Shown piece by piece: positions 9,704-19,176 of a stretch of 64,000 nt of DNA; position 1 is the stretch's first letter, and the number at the start of each line of letters is the position of its first letter. The position numbers and the translations under genes are program-made. The notes beneath the pieces were generated by a model. The model was not told the origin of the DNA and did no database searches. It saw only the letters and a list, made by a program, of their open reading frames with translations. This DNA comes from Candidatus Woesearchaeota archaeon (lineage in GTDB: Archaea; Nanobdellota; Nanobdellia; Woesearchaeales; GW2011-AR15), in assembly GCA_016935095.1 (NCBI GenBank), contig JAFGRO010000029.1:7313-71312 (forward strand), written 5' to 3'.

Positions 9704-9890
9704 CTAGCAAAATCTAGAATCAAAATCATCTTCATCTATGTAATTAGAATCAATTTCTTTTGGATTGATTCCTTCTTTAATTGTATAGCCCTTCTTGAGA
9801 AAGAGTATTTTTTCTCTTTCAGGCAGATTTAATTTCCTGGATAACTCTCCATAATCCTGGATTGAGAAAGTGAACTTAACAAAACAGAAT
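9704..9890 (-). pseudogene. Orphan C-terminal fragment resembling a Cas3 tail
   Basis: Start-less frame ...QDYGELSRKLNLPEREKILFLKKGYTIKEGINPKEIDSNYIDEDDFDSRFC* immediately downstream of cas3; Y-x3-G-aliphatic plus acidic tail as in I-B Cas3 ends. Confidence 0.45.
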
Positions 9891-12134
9891 TTATTGGTTC
9901 AAACCATTATCAATTTCTTCCTCTTCAGTTAAACCAAGCTTGTTATCATACTTTTTATTGATAAAATTTCCATCTATTCCATTCTTCCAATATATTGGGA
10001 CTTTTGTAAGATATCCTGTCTTTTCTCTAACATATTGGCGGTATGAAATTTTTTTTTCTTTAAACTCTTCTTCTAGCTTGGCAACTTCTGTACGAAATTT
10101 AGCAGGAAACATACTTACTGACATCAATCCGTCTCTGGTTCGAACCATGTTTCTTAGTTCTTCTTCTTTCAAATCGATAGCATAGATAAAGCTATTTTTC
10201 TGCCAAATTTGTCTAATAGTTTTTGTATTCTCTTCAATTTTATTGACAAGCTTATCTTTTATTATGTCATAATACACATTATTCACCTTAAGTAAATCAT
10301 TTTCATTAGTAATTTTTCTTGTTTGAAGCAATTCTGAAGTTAAAGAAACAAATTCAGGATTATAGGGATACTTTTCTTCATATCTAAAAACTTTAACAAG
10401 CGCAGGTTTCCCAACACTAATATTATTAGGTCCATTATATGAAATTTTTCTGTTTACTCTACCAAACCTTTGGACTAACGAGTCAAAATGTGCACAGTCA
10501 GTATAAAGAACATCAAAATCAATGTCAAGTGAAATTTCCACAATTTGTGTTGATACAAAAATAAAGGGTCCTTTTTTATCTTTTAATTCTTTAAGTTCTT
10601 TTTCTCTATCACATCTATCATTAAGGATAAATCTGCTATGAAGAAGTAATTTTTTTGGAAACTTAATAAGAACCTGGAAGAGTTTTTGTGCTCTCTCAAC
10701 AGTATTGAGCACTATAAGAATTTTTTCTCCTTTTTTGTACTTTTTTCTCAATTCGTCAATCAAGGATTCATAGTCAAAGATATCCGAATCTTTGTATTCA
10801 ATCTTAACTCTCTGAATATGTGAATAAATAGAGTTTACATATTTTGTTTTTAGAACTTCAACAAATCCGTTCTCCTGAAATAATTTTCTAAGATAATCTG
10901 GAAAAGTTGCACTCATTATCAAGAAACGACTTCCATATTTCTTACTTAAATAATCAACAGCAAATTTTAGTAGGCCTAAATTCCGCTCGTCAGTAGCATG
11001 TACTTCATCAATAATGACTGAGCTATTTGAAAATACGACTTCTTTTAACCCATATTTTTTATAGTTCATTAGTGATAAAATTATTTGGTCAAACGTTGTT
11101 ACATTGAGTGCGGGAAAGAAACTCTTTAACAAAGTTTTTTTGGAAAATTCATTTTCATCTGAAAAAACTTCAAAATAGGAATGGTAAAATCCAATTTCCT
11201 CTTCTTTAAATACTTTTTTCAAACGATCATAGATTCCGTTTATACTTGCAGTTGTAGGAAGAACATAAAAATTCTTAAAATTGCTATTCTCTTTAAGCCA
11301 CAGAATAGCTGATTCTGTTTTTCCAAAGCCCGTTGGTAGTTGAAGAAACCCGTTTCCTTTAAACTTGAATATTTTCTCCTGATAATCTCTTAGAGAATAT
11401 CCTTTATGCTTTAGAATAATATCTTCAGGATTTGTCTCTAGCTTTTGTATATTCTCCCTTGAACTAGACAAGTAGTCACTATAGATTATAACTCCGGAAA
11501 TAAATACATAAATTGCTCTTAGCTCCTCACATGGTACATCAACAATATCCCATTTAATTCTATTATAAATTCTTTTTGCCAAATAAGTAGTGTTAGGCTT
11601 TTTATTTACTAATTCCAGTATATTTTCTGGGATTTCAATGTCAAAATTTTTTTGAAATAGTTGTATTTCCTCAAGAACACCACATAAACCAATATCAAAG
11701 GTACTTTGTGGGTCACTTCTATCAAATAATGATTTTTTTAGTGGTGAATGATGAGAAGCAACTGCCAGCATCATGATGTTCTTCAGCAACTTATCTTCGT
11801 CTTTCGAAGCATTGATTATATTATCAATAACAGTAAGAGATAGTAAAGCATGTGAAACCTTCTTTTTTTCACCTGACTTCAGTTGCTTTTGAAAATAAGT
11901 ATCTGCTTTACCTATATCATGAAGCAAGGCACCTATTTGTGCAAATTTGTATATTTGGGTTTCAAGTCCTAAAAAGGATTTATATTTAGGTAACCTAAAT
12001 AGCTGAACTAACTCATTTGCTCTTTCATATGTTTCAATAAGATGAGTCCCAAGCAAAACTTTCTTTTCTTTGGGAGATAAAGGAGAGGGATATTTAGCAT
12101 AAATTTTAGAGTAAGACACAATGCTCATCTCCAA
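9891..12134 (-). CDS. cas3: CRISPR helicase-nuclease Cas3 (HD + SF2)
   Basis: LLHDIGKA, SHH, LPTGFGKT, DEVH, SAT, QRFGRVNR. Confidence 0.97.
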   Translation of the reverse strand: MEMSIVSYSKIYAKYPSPLSPKEKKVLLGTHLIETYERANELVQLFRLPKYKSFLGLETQIYKFAQIGALLHDIGKADTYFQKQLKSGEKKKVSHALLSLTVIDNIINASKDEDKLLKNIMMLAVASHHSPLKKSLFDRSDPQSTFDIGLCGVLEEIQLFQKNFDIEIPENILELVNKKPNTTYLAKRIYNRIKWDIVDVPCEELRAIYVFISGVIIYSDYLSSSRENIQKLETNPEDIILKHKGYSLRDYQEKIFKFKGNGFLQLPTGFGKTESAILWLKENSNFKNFYVLPTTASINGIYDRLKKVFKEEEIGFYHSYFEVFSDENEFSKKTLLKSFFPALNVTTFDQIILSLMNYKKYGLKEVVFSNSSVIIDEVHATDERNLGLLKFAVDYLSKKYGSRFLIMSATFPDYLRKLFQENGFVEVLKTKYVNSIYSHIQRVKIEYKDSDIFDYESLIDELRKKYKKGEKILIVLNTVERAQKLFQVLIKFPKKLLLHSRFILNDRCDREKELKELKDKKGPFIFVSTQIVEISLDIDFDVLYTDCAHFDSLVQRFGRVNRKISYNGPNNISVGKPALVKVFRYEEKYPYNPEFVSLTSELLQTRKITNENDLLKVNNVYYDIIKDKLVNKIEENTKTIRQIWQKNSFIYAIDLKEEELRNMVRTRDGLMSVSMFPAKFRTEVAKLEEEFKEKKISYRQYVREKTGYLTKVPIYWKNGIDGNFINKKYDNKLGLTEEEEIDNGLNQ

Positions 12135-12795
12135 ATTTAAATTGCGCTACAGGTTCATAAAAATTCAGATTGACATTATAGAACATAAGTACTTCTCTCT
12201 GCTCTTCCAGCGTTCTTCTGCTTCCTTTATAAGAGAAAGAGTGCGCACACTTGCATACCTGTGGGCTTATGAAAAATCCAGTTCCAATCTGAATATTATA
12301 TTTCTCTTTTGTTTCAATGAAAGAATCTACCTTACTGTCTTCCGTGTTTGCTATTTCATACAGAGAAGAAACGTTCTCAACTACAGCAAGAAAATCAGAG
12401 TGTCCTAAGTAGAGGACCCTAGAAGGAGAGATAATTGAATCATAAATTTCTCTAATCAATTTTTCATTTTCAGTAGCTATAAAAATTTTAAAGCTTGGTC
12501 TGTTCAGAAGCTTCCTAGATGTAATAGTACTATCTGACTGCTTTTTTTTATCGGTTTTTAAGTTCTTTAATTTCCATAAGTCATTAATAAAACCAGAAAT
12601 GTTAATGATTTTGACCCCTATAAACAATTTTGCATACAGTTCATTCATTTCATCATACTGCAAACCCATAGCGTTGCCTATCATCCCAACAATATGAGTC
12701 TTTTGTGGGCCGATCAGGCTATCAAAAAAAGAAAGAGTAAAGGGATTTCTAAAGAAAGCCATGTCTCCTCTCAAAATAAAATGAAATCCTTTCAT
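12106..12795 (-). CDS. cas5: Cas5
   Basis: GDMAFFRNP...P.KTHIVGMIGNAMG, LYLGHSD. Confidence 0.93.
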   Translation of the reverse strand: MKGFHFILRGDMAFFRNPFTLSFFDSLIGPQKTHIVGMIGNAMGLQYDEMNELYAKLFIGVKIINISGFINDLWKLKNLKTDKKKQSDSTITSRKLLNRPSFKIFIATENEKLIREIYDSIISPSRVLYLGHSDFLAVVENVSSLYEIANTEDSKVDSFIETKEKYNIQIGTGFFISPQVCKCAHSFSYKGSRRTLEEQREVLMFYNVNLNFYEPVAQFKFGDEHCVLL

Positions 12796-13688
12796 GATAA
12801 ATCTAGTTGTTCAAGTTTTGTCTTCAAGTCTTTCAGACTCAGAATTTCTACTTTTTTATTACTTTCAAAAGCTTTCTCCAATTCGCTAGCATTAGATATA
12901 AAATAATCTAGATATCCAATTATTACTGTTTCAAGCTGCTCATCATACAATTCAATAACCTGCTTTAACCTGCTAACATCAATATTTTTGTTTTCATCCA
13001 TCCATAGTCTGTCGAAGATTGTCAATGCTTTATCTCTCCTAATTACAGCAATCATAAATTCTGGCGAGGTCTTTGTCAGAAAATTAGTTTGTTTTCCCCC
13101 ACCCCATGAATTGAAGACTGCTTCAATTAGTTCTCTAAAATGCTTTTTTTTATATTTATCATCAATCTCTTTATCGTCGCTCTCGTCAACACCAATCCTA
13201 TCTAGTTCAATCGCGAAATTTCCTCGCATGAGATTACTGGAAACCTCAATATCATAGAGACTATGATTTGTTCCCTTTGGATCATATCTCACACCACGAT
13301 TGATATCGCCTTTATATTCATAAAGAGAAATAAGGCCATTTGTTTTTACGGGAGCTACTCTTGTCTTCTTCAGATTTGTATTCATATAGCCAAATAAATC
13401 ATCATCAATGAAACTTATATCACAAGAAGAAGAAACTTGGCTTGCTTCCTCTTTTTCTTTTTCAGTTGCTTTAGCATCTTTTTTTGATAAGACATCTGAA
13501 ATTGGGACGCCTTTTGATTTCCAGTATTCTTTAAAGGCGTATTTCAGTGAAACACCTGACACATATACTCTTTGTTTGCCGTCAAAATCTTCTGTTTTCT
13601 TCAGTGTAGCTATGTTGCCTTCAGTAGAATTGCTATTAATATTGGCATTTTCAATTCTTGTTAGATATGCTAGTTCTAGTAATTTCAT
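12792..13688 (-). CDS. cas7: Cas7 (Cst2/DevR family)
   Basis: EGNIATLKK, YVSGVSLKY, DDDLFGYM, RVAPVK, ELDRIG, GGGKQT. Confidence 0.93.
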   Translation of the reverse strand: MKLLELAYLTRIENANINSNSTEGNIATLKKTEDFDGKQRVYVSGVSLKYAFKEYWKSKGVPISDVLSKKDAKATEKEKEEASQVSSSCDISFIDDDLFGYMNTNLKKTRVAPVKTNGLISLYEYKGDINRGVRYDPKGTNHSLYDIEVSSNLMRGNFAIELDRIGVDESDDKEIDDKYKKKHFRELIEAVFNSWGGGKQTNFLTKTSPEFMIAVIRRDKALTIFDRLWMDENKNIDVSRLKQVIELYDEQLETVIIGYLDYFISNASELEKAFESNKKVEILSLKDLKTKLEQLDLS

Positions 13689-13690
13689 TT

Positions 13691-13999
13691 TTATCCCTCC
13701 ACATTATTTGATTCTTTTTTCTCTTTTAAGAAGACTGCATTTGTTAGTCCAATAAGGAAAAAGGTCTTTAGTTGTGCAAAATCATCCATATGTTCTATGA
13801 ATATGTCACCTCTAATGCCAGTCCCTATTTTCAATTGGAGCCGGTTCAGTAGATTCATGAACTCTTCTTGATTTCTTGCTCTTCTCATATCATAAATCTC
13901 TTTAATGATAACATTTTGCCTTGATTCATTCCTTTTGAATTGCATCCCTATTGAGAAGGCATGTTTATATACCTCGTTAAACAATTCTTTTTTATCCAT
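13691..13999 (-). CDS. cas11: Internally translated Cas11 small subunit (102 aa)
   Basis: In-frame ATG (MDKKELFNEVYKHAFSIG) 6 nt after a GAGGTG SD at 14006-14011 inside cas8. Confidence 0.65.
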   Translation of the reverse strand: MDKKELFNEVYKHAFSIGMQFKRNESRQNVIIKEIYDMRRARNQEEFMNLLNRLQLKIGTGIRGDIFIEHMDDFAQLKTFFLIGLTNAVFLKEKKESNNVEG

Positions 14000-15088
14000 T
14001 TCAAACACCTCAAAGTAAGATTTTAATACAGTTCTGCTGAAACTTATTAGCTGAACCTGCTTAAGCTGTTCAGCTTTACTCTTTTTTTTATACTCATCAA
14101 GCTTAAGAAATAATATTTCCTCAAGAATTCTCCAATTGAGTCTATTATTTCTACACAGGGAGAGCATAAGAGCATTTCTATTAATAAGTTGAGCTTCATC
14201 TTTAGGATTTACAATTAGTGAATTCAAGAAAGAGCTAAAAGGTCGAATCAATGTCCCTTTAGCATTTCTCTTTATAGATTGGTTGGTTTTGTTTAGAAAG
14301 GTAATAATTAGATTTAAATTATTTAGATTGTCGAATTCTCTATAGATTTTTTTACTTTTGGATAAGTCTGCTGACAGAACAAGCGCACCAACATCAAGCT
14401 GATCTTCTTTAGCAAGTTCTTTTTGCTCGTTAAGAAGTTGTGTTATATAATCAAGAAATGAAATTAATAAATAGTATGCCCCATAAATATAGTACGAGCC
14501 GGTAATGTTGACATTTTTAAAGTAATTATTTGTTGAAGCGTCCATGTTCATCCTATGAGTCATTAAATGATTTACATGTTTGGGGTTTCCATAGAGGATA
14601 ATTATTGAGGTAAGATTTTTCTCTGTTATAAAACATACATTTCGATATGCTGCAAATAGTATGTTCTTACATTTGTGACAGGCTACAAATTCAGATGTGC
14701 CACCATAAAGATTTGGAAACTTTTGCTTAGTAATGATGAACGGGAAATAGAAAGAAGTAATTGTTCCTGCCCCTTTTGATTCACAAATTATACATTTCTT
14801 TTGATTTTTTTCTTCTTTTTGAAGAAGTTCTTTCATATATTCGAAATCTGTTCTGCTTCCTTTTGATTGAAGTTGAGCGCCGAGGAAGCTGTTGGCAAAT
14901 ATAGTTCTTGTTAGCTTATTATCTTTGCTTGTGTAAAGATTGTTAATGATGATACCCTCATCAAGTCCCTTCTTTGGAATTAAATCAATGTCAATACTCT
15001 CCTCTCTTGTTTTAGAAAAAAGTCCTTTCCTAGATTTCTGAAAGTAACTTAATGTTGCCAATCCTGAACTATACCATTCTTTTATCAT
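13691..15088 (-). CDS. cas8: Cas8 large subunit (type I-B, Zn-finger type)
   Basis: Position upstream of cas7; CIIC...FPN...CHKC zinc motif; helical C-terminal Cas11-like domain. Confidence 0.8.
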   Translation of the reverse strand: MIKEWYSSGLATLSYFQKSRKGLFSKTREESIDIDLIPKKGLDEGIIINNLYTSKDNKLTRTIFANSFLGAQLQSKGSRTDFEYMKELLQKEEKNQKKCIICESKGAGTITSFYFPFIITKQKFPNLYGGTSEFVACHKCKNILFAAYRNVCFITEKNLTSIIILYGNPKHVNHLMTHRMNMDASTNNYFKNVNITGSYYIYGAYYLLISFLDYITQLLNEQKELAKEDQLDVGALVLSADLSKSKKIYREFDNLNNLNLIITFLNKTNQSIKRNAKGTLIRPFSSFLNSLIVNPKDEAQLINRNALMLSLCRNNRLNWRILEEILFLKLDEYKKKSKAEQLKQVQLISFSRTVLKSYFEVFEMDKKELFNEVYKHAFSIGMQFKRNESRQNVIIKEIYDMRRARNQEEFMNLLNRLQLKIGTGIRGDIFIEHMDDFAQLKTFFLIGLTNAVFLKEKKESNNVEG

Positions 15089-15574
15089 TTATTCCCCCAA
15101 CCCCTCCATCACTTCCTCCATCGTCTCCTTATGTCCCCAGCCCTCGCAGCTTCTTTCAACTATTGAAATTAACCTATCCTTAAACAAAGGTATTAAATCC
15201 GTATTATCATTTAAGTTTTTAATAATCTGCTCAAACATCGATTCCATGCTTGAGTAGAAGGCTTCATACATATCCCCATATTCTTCTCCAATTCTTACGC
15301 CTGTCTCAACATAGAACACCATCAGCTCCAGAAGATGCTCCGGCTGCTTTGATATTCTTTTAAAGTCTGTTATTGCTTTTCTTGCTTCTCTAAGGTTAAT
15401 CCGTTCATTCCAGAGAATGCTTTTGAGCTTTTTCTTAAAGTACTCAAGGGCATCTTCCGGCTTATTCTCGAGCTTCAGCCTCAAAAAATCAGCGTTTTCT
15501 TTATTCAGGCTTGATAGCTCTAAAAGGAGTGAGTATAGTTCTTCTTTCTCCAATTGTTTAAGCACATTATTCAT
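15089..15574 (-). CDS. Helical hypothetical protein (DUF6155-like)
   Basis: LREARKAITDFKR...LELMVFYVETG...YGDMYEAFYSSM...GWG pattern; stop abuts the cas8 start. Confidence 0.65.
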   Translation of the reverse strand: MNNVLKQLEKEELYSLLLELSSLNKENADFLRLKLENKPEDALEYFKKKLKSILWNERINLREARKAITDFKRISKQPEHLLELMVFYVETGVRIGEEYGDMYEAFYSSMESMFEQIIKNLNDNTDLIPLFKDRLISIVERSCEGWGHKETMEEVMEGLGE

Positions 15575-16409
15575 TTTTTTTCAATCGTTTCTTTTTCTCT
15601 GCTTCTGTCTCTAACAGATAGTTTTCCTGCGAAACAACCTTTGATCCTGATTCAAGCTCAAGATTTTTTCTTGCATCACCAGCTATTTTTCCGCCTTTTT
15701 GTGCGGCTGACCTGTTTTCAGTGAAGCCTTGTGAATCCCGGCTCCTTGTTATTTTTGTGGTTGAAGCTTCACCCAGCATTGTAAATATGAGTTCTAAGTC
15801 GTCCATATGGTCTCTTAAATTTTCCCGAGTTAAACTCTTGAAATTCTTATACTCTTCAACAGTCTTGCCAAAAGTTGCTTTGCTTATTTCATTGGTAAGA
15901 ATTGCGTATTCTTTTTGTTGCTTAACTCCTCTTTTATCCCACTCATCTGTGAGTTCCTGCCTGACTGCTATCCCTCTCACTCTTTTCTCTATCCAATCAT
16001 CTGAGTATCCTTTTGCTTTGTAAAGCTCCTTCATTCGTGCCTGGACCAGCTCAGGATTCTCTATCTCCTGCACTCTCTCATATCCAACCTGAGCCAGCCA
16101 CCGCTTGAAGGGTTCTGCTTTGGGTGACGGGATTGATTGAATAATACGAAACATGTTTCTGGTGTTTGCGCAGTCTGTTGCCCTGAATTTTCCATCTTCT
16201 GCAGGCAGTTTTAACTGTACGATTTTATCGTACGGTTCAAATCCTTCATCAGAAAGCTTAGATTTTAAGTCAGACCAATATCTCTTTGGTAGTGAGCTTG
16301 CTTCTAAAGCGTTAACCACATCTATGATAGAAAAATACCATTCATTATTATGCCAAATCCTCCGGATATTTTTGTCTTGAAATACAACCAAAGCATTGTG
16401 TTCGATCAT
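15567..16409 (-). CDS. BRO-N domain protein (phage antirepressor-like)
   Basis: IRRIWHNNEWYFSIIDVV, RIIQSIPSPKAEPFKRWLA, NLRDHM. Confidence 0.9.
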   Translation of the reverse strand: MIEHNALVVFQDKNIRRIWHNNEWYFSIIDVVNALEASSLPKRYWSDLKSKLSDEGFEPYDKIVQLKLPAEDGKFRATDCANTRNMFRIIQSIPSPKAEPFKRWLAQVGYERVQEIENPELVQARMKELYKAKGYSDDWIEKRVRGIAVRQELTDEWDKRGVKQQKEYAILTNEISKATFGKTVEEYKNFKSLTRENLRDHMDDLELIFTMLGEASTTKITRSRDSQGFTENRSAAQKGGKIAGDARKNLELESGSKVVSQENYLLETEAEKKKRLKKNE

Positions 16410-16450
16410 ATTCTAACCATCCCTTTCCTGTCTTTTCCTGCAAATTCCAT

Positions 16451-16732
16451 TTATCTCATTCCCATCATTCTGCACAACGGACAATCATCATGTCTCCAGC
16501 TAAACCTTGCATTCTTCCATTCATCATCCGATAATGTGCATATCGTCCTGTCAGTCCTGAGCATGTTCAAAAAATCCCTGTGTGTCATCTCAGTTCCTTC
16601 AAGCTTTCTTGCCAGCTCGTCCAGTTTTGGCCAATGCTCATTGTGCAATTCTTCCCGTTCATAGCATTTCCTTGTACAGTAATTCCCGTGAAACCAATTT
16701 ACCAAATGCCTGATTTTAACTGGTCTTTTCAC
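16451..16732 (-). CDS. Small Cys/His-rich hypothetical protein
   Basis: 93 aa; HxxxCxxxC and HxxCxxC; GTG start overlaps the cas6 stop. Confidence 0.65.
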   Translation of the reverse strand: MKRPVKIRHLVNWFHGNYCTRKCYEREELHNEHWPKLDELARKLEGTEMTHRDFLNMLRTDRTICTLSDDEWKNARFSWRHDDCPLCRMMGMR

Positions 16733-17478
16733 GTCTTCACCACATTCATAAACCCAAATCCAGAGCTATTCAACTCTCCAAACCCTGACTCTAAACCAAG
16801 CCATAACACTCTCCTTTTCAATTCATCTAAGTGTGAAAACCGGAATTCCCACAAACTGCCAATTGTGGGTATCTCATTTCCTTCTTCTATCCTGTGAACA
16901 CATACAGATTTCTTGAACTTGAATATCTCAAATAAATCAATAGTTTTCATTTCGGAGCTATAATACTGGTTGTATTTCTTAACAAGATTATCAGAAATCT
17001 GTTTTAGGAAAGCATTAAAGTCATATTCAGGGCGCCAGTACTCATAAGGCCTTTTACTTTTAATACCATATATATGATAATTTTGTTTTGGTATCCTCAT
17101 TACAATTGGTGTTCCTGTAATAAGGCTTGCTTTCTCAGTAATAAAAGGCTTCAGGTAGCTTATCTCATCAATGCTAAACATTGATTCTCCTATTAATACA
17201 GGCTTATTGAATTGCTTTATCTCTGCAATCCTTCCGTAAAGAAACCTTATAAAATCACTATCTGGCGAAGAAATAATAAAATGACGTTCTTCTCCTGTTT
17301 TAACATCCTCTACAGGAAATATGTTTGAATAGCAGAAAAACTTATAATATCCCTTATCATGCTTATTGAAATACTTTGATTCCTTCATAAGGCCATAGAC
17401 AAATCCCCTTAGCTTAGAATAATACTTCTCATCATAAGAAAAATCTTTCAGGGCTTTGAATTTTAATATTATACGCAT
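16729..17478 (-). CDS. cas6: CRISPR endoribonuclease Cas6
   Basis: YKFFCYSNIF, TGTPIV, C-terminal G-loop GFGELNSSGFG. Confidence 0.96.
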   Translation of the reverse strand: MRIILKFKALKDFSYDEKYYSKLRGFVYGLMKESKYFNKHDKGYYKFFCYSNIFPVEDVKTGEERHFIISSPDSDFIRFLYGRIAEIKQFNKPVLIGESMFSIDEISYLKPFITEKASLITGTPIVMRIPKQNYHIYGIKSKRPYEYWRPEYDFNAFLKQISDNLVKKYNQYYSSEMKTIDLFEIFKFKKSVCVHRIEEGNEIPTIGSLWEFRFSHLDELKRRVLWLGLESGFGELNSSGFGFMNVVKT

Positions 17479-17559
17479 GAAAAAATCCCCCTTTAATCAT
17501 AAATAGATGTTTAAATATAAACTTTTCTTCAAAATCAGGATAAAAATCCTCATTTTTTT

Positions 17560-17737
17560 TCATCCCTCTCACTCCACCACCCATCCTGGCTTATTATCAG
17601 GTTATCTAAAACAGGTATCTGCAACAATCTCCAGCTTCTTTAAGATGATCCCAGACCCTTAAGTCTTCATTGGAAGGATTAAGGTTTCCTGAAGGGTGGT
17701 TGTGCACAGTTATTATCTTGTTTGCACTCTGGAGCAA
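17560..17737 (-). pseudogene. radC: RadC/JAB-domain gene relic (start-less, frameshifted)
   Basis: ANKIITVHNHPSGNLNPSNEDL...EAG then a frameshift to LQIPVLDNLII. Confidence 0.8.
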
Positions 17738-17783
17738 TTCACAAACAAACTATTTATAGTCCCCTTCATTTCCCTTAATATGT

Positions 17784-18284
17784 ATGAAAATAAAACTCAC
17801 AATAGAACTTGTACCTTCTACAGTCTGGTTTTCTTCTCTTTATAATATTTTTAAGAACAGCAGCCAGCAGGCTTTATGGAGAGATATTAAAAATATGATA
17901 TTTAAAAAAGAAGGCAGAAAATGCTGGGTGTGCGGCAGAACAGATAGAAGGCTGGAGGCACATGAGTTCTGGGATTATGATGATAAAAACAAAATTCAAA
18001 AATTGGTAGCAATTCACCATTTATGTGATTTGTGCCACAAAGTAAAGCATATAGGATTATGGTTGCATACAGATAAAGGGGCAAGGCTTCTAGATCAACA
18101 AGGATTAGATAGTTTTGATGTTGTTAATCATTTTTGTGCGGTCAACAACTGCGATCAAGATGTCTTTGATAAATGCGAAGAAGAAGCCTTTAAAGTATTT
18201 GCTGAGAGAAGCAAATATCAGTGGAAGCAGGATTTTGATGCTTATGAGAAAATAATAAGACCATTAATTAAAAATGAGTATTAA
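17784..18284 (+). CDS. HNH-family endonuclease
   Basis: CWVCG...LEAHEFW...LCDLCHKVKH. Confidence 0.8.
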   Translation: MKIKLTIELVPSTVWFSSLYNIFKNSSQQALWRDIKNMIFKKEGRKCWVCGRTDRRLEAHEFWDYDDKNKIQKLVAIHHLCDLCHKVKHIGLWLHTDKGARLLDQQGLDSFDVVNHFCAVNNCDQDVFDKCEEEAFKVFAERSKYQWKQDFDAYEKIIRPLIKNEY

Positions 18285-18609
18285 ATATATAAAAATTCCT
18301 GATAAATAATTCTCCTAATCATAAGCCAATGCAGGACTTGGTTTTGTGATATTCGGAACAGACAACACAGGAGAGATTTCTTTTTTATCGCTGATTAAGA
18401 AAATCTTAATTATCAAAAGGTTGTTTTTTTATATTGTTTCAACTTTACATTCTTTTAGATGCTCTAGTATTGGCTTAATCTCTAATTCTCCTGAAATATC
18501 TTTAAGAAGCCTAGAGGCTTTCAATATAATGCCCTCCCCACACAACTCTTATCTTTAAACTTCTTCTTCAATAAAAAATATAAACTCAAAGCAATTAAAT
18601 AAAAATAAT

Positions 18610-19161
18610 TTGAAAAAAGCAGATTTAGCCATTAATACTGTCTTTGTAATACTTGTTACGATAATCAGCATTATCCTTATCCTTGGAATTTTCTCTACAA
18701 AACTGCCTGGGTTTGCAAAAGGCATTTACTGCAAGACCTTTTTTTATATTCATTCTGCAGCTTTTATCCCAAAAGGGTTGAGAGCAGACCAGAACTACTG
18801 CATCTCTGAAAATGCATTGGCCCCTGCTGAAATAATAAATGACCCAGAAACACTAAACATCACTGTTCTCGGTTATGTTATAGCTTGCTGGAAAGAGATG
18901 GATTATGGAAGGTATTCTGATAATTTTCTTTGTTTTGAATTAACAGCTGGACCGAGGATTACTGATCCTGTTCCTATATCTGAGGAAGAAATAACCCATA
19001 TATTAATTGATGAAAAGATGTGTGATGTTCTTGCAAATAATGATTCAATATCAGACTGCGGGGATGAAAACAATATTCAATGGAATCTAGATGCAATATA
19101 TCCCCGGCAGAATATACTGATTGAATATAATGCTGAGAATAAGGAAGTGATTGTGAGTTAG
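18610..19161 (+). CDS. Pilin-like protein with class III signal peptide
   Basis: MKKA/DLAINTVFVILV processing motif; ACW...CF pattern. Confidence 0.7.
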   Translation: MKKADLAINTVFVILVTIISIILILGIFSTKLPGFAKGIYCKTFFYIHSAAFIPKGLRADQNYCISENALAPAEIINDPETLNITVLGYVIACWKEMDYGRYSDNFLCFELTAGPRITDPVPISEEEITHILIDEKMCDVLANNDSISDCGDENNIQWNLDAIYPRQNILIEYNAENKEVIVS

Positions 19162-19176
19162 TTCCACAAAAGAATG

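Noticed and set aside
15089-17560. creTA-like mini-array or isolated repeat near cas6/cas8
   Set aside because: No repeat-like sequence found by eye in the short intergenic gaps
18300-18560. Short ORF-like fragments on both strands at the right island edge
   Set aside because: No start context or recognisable family; probably gene debris
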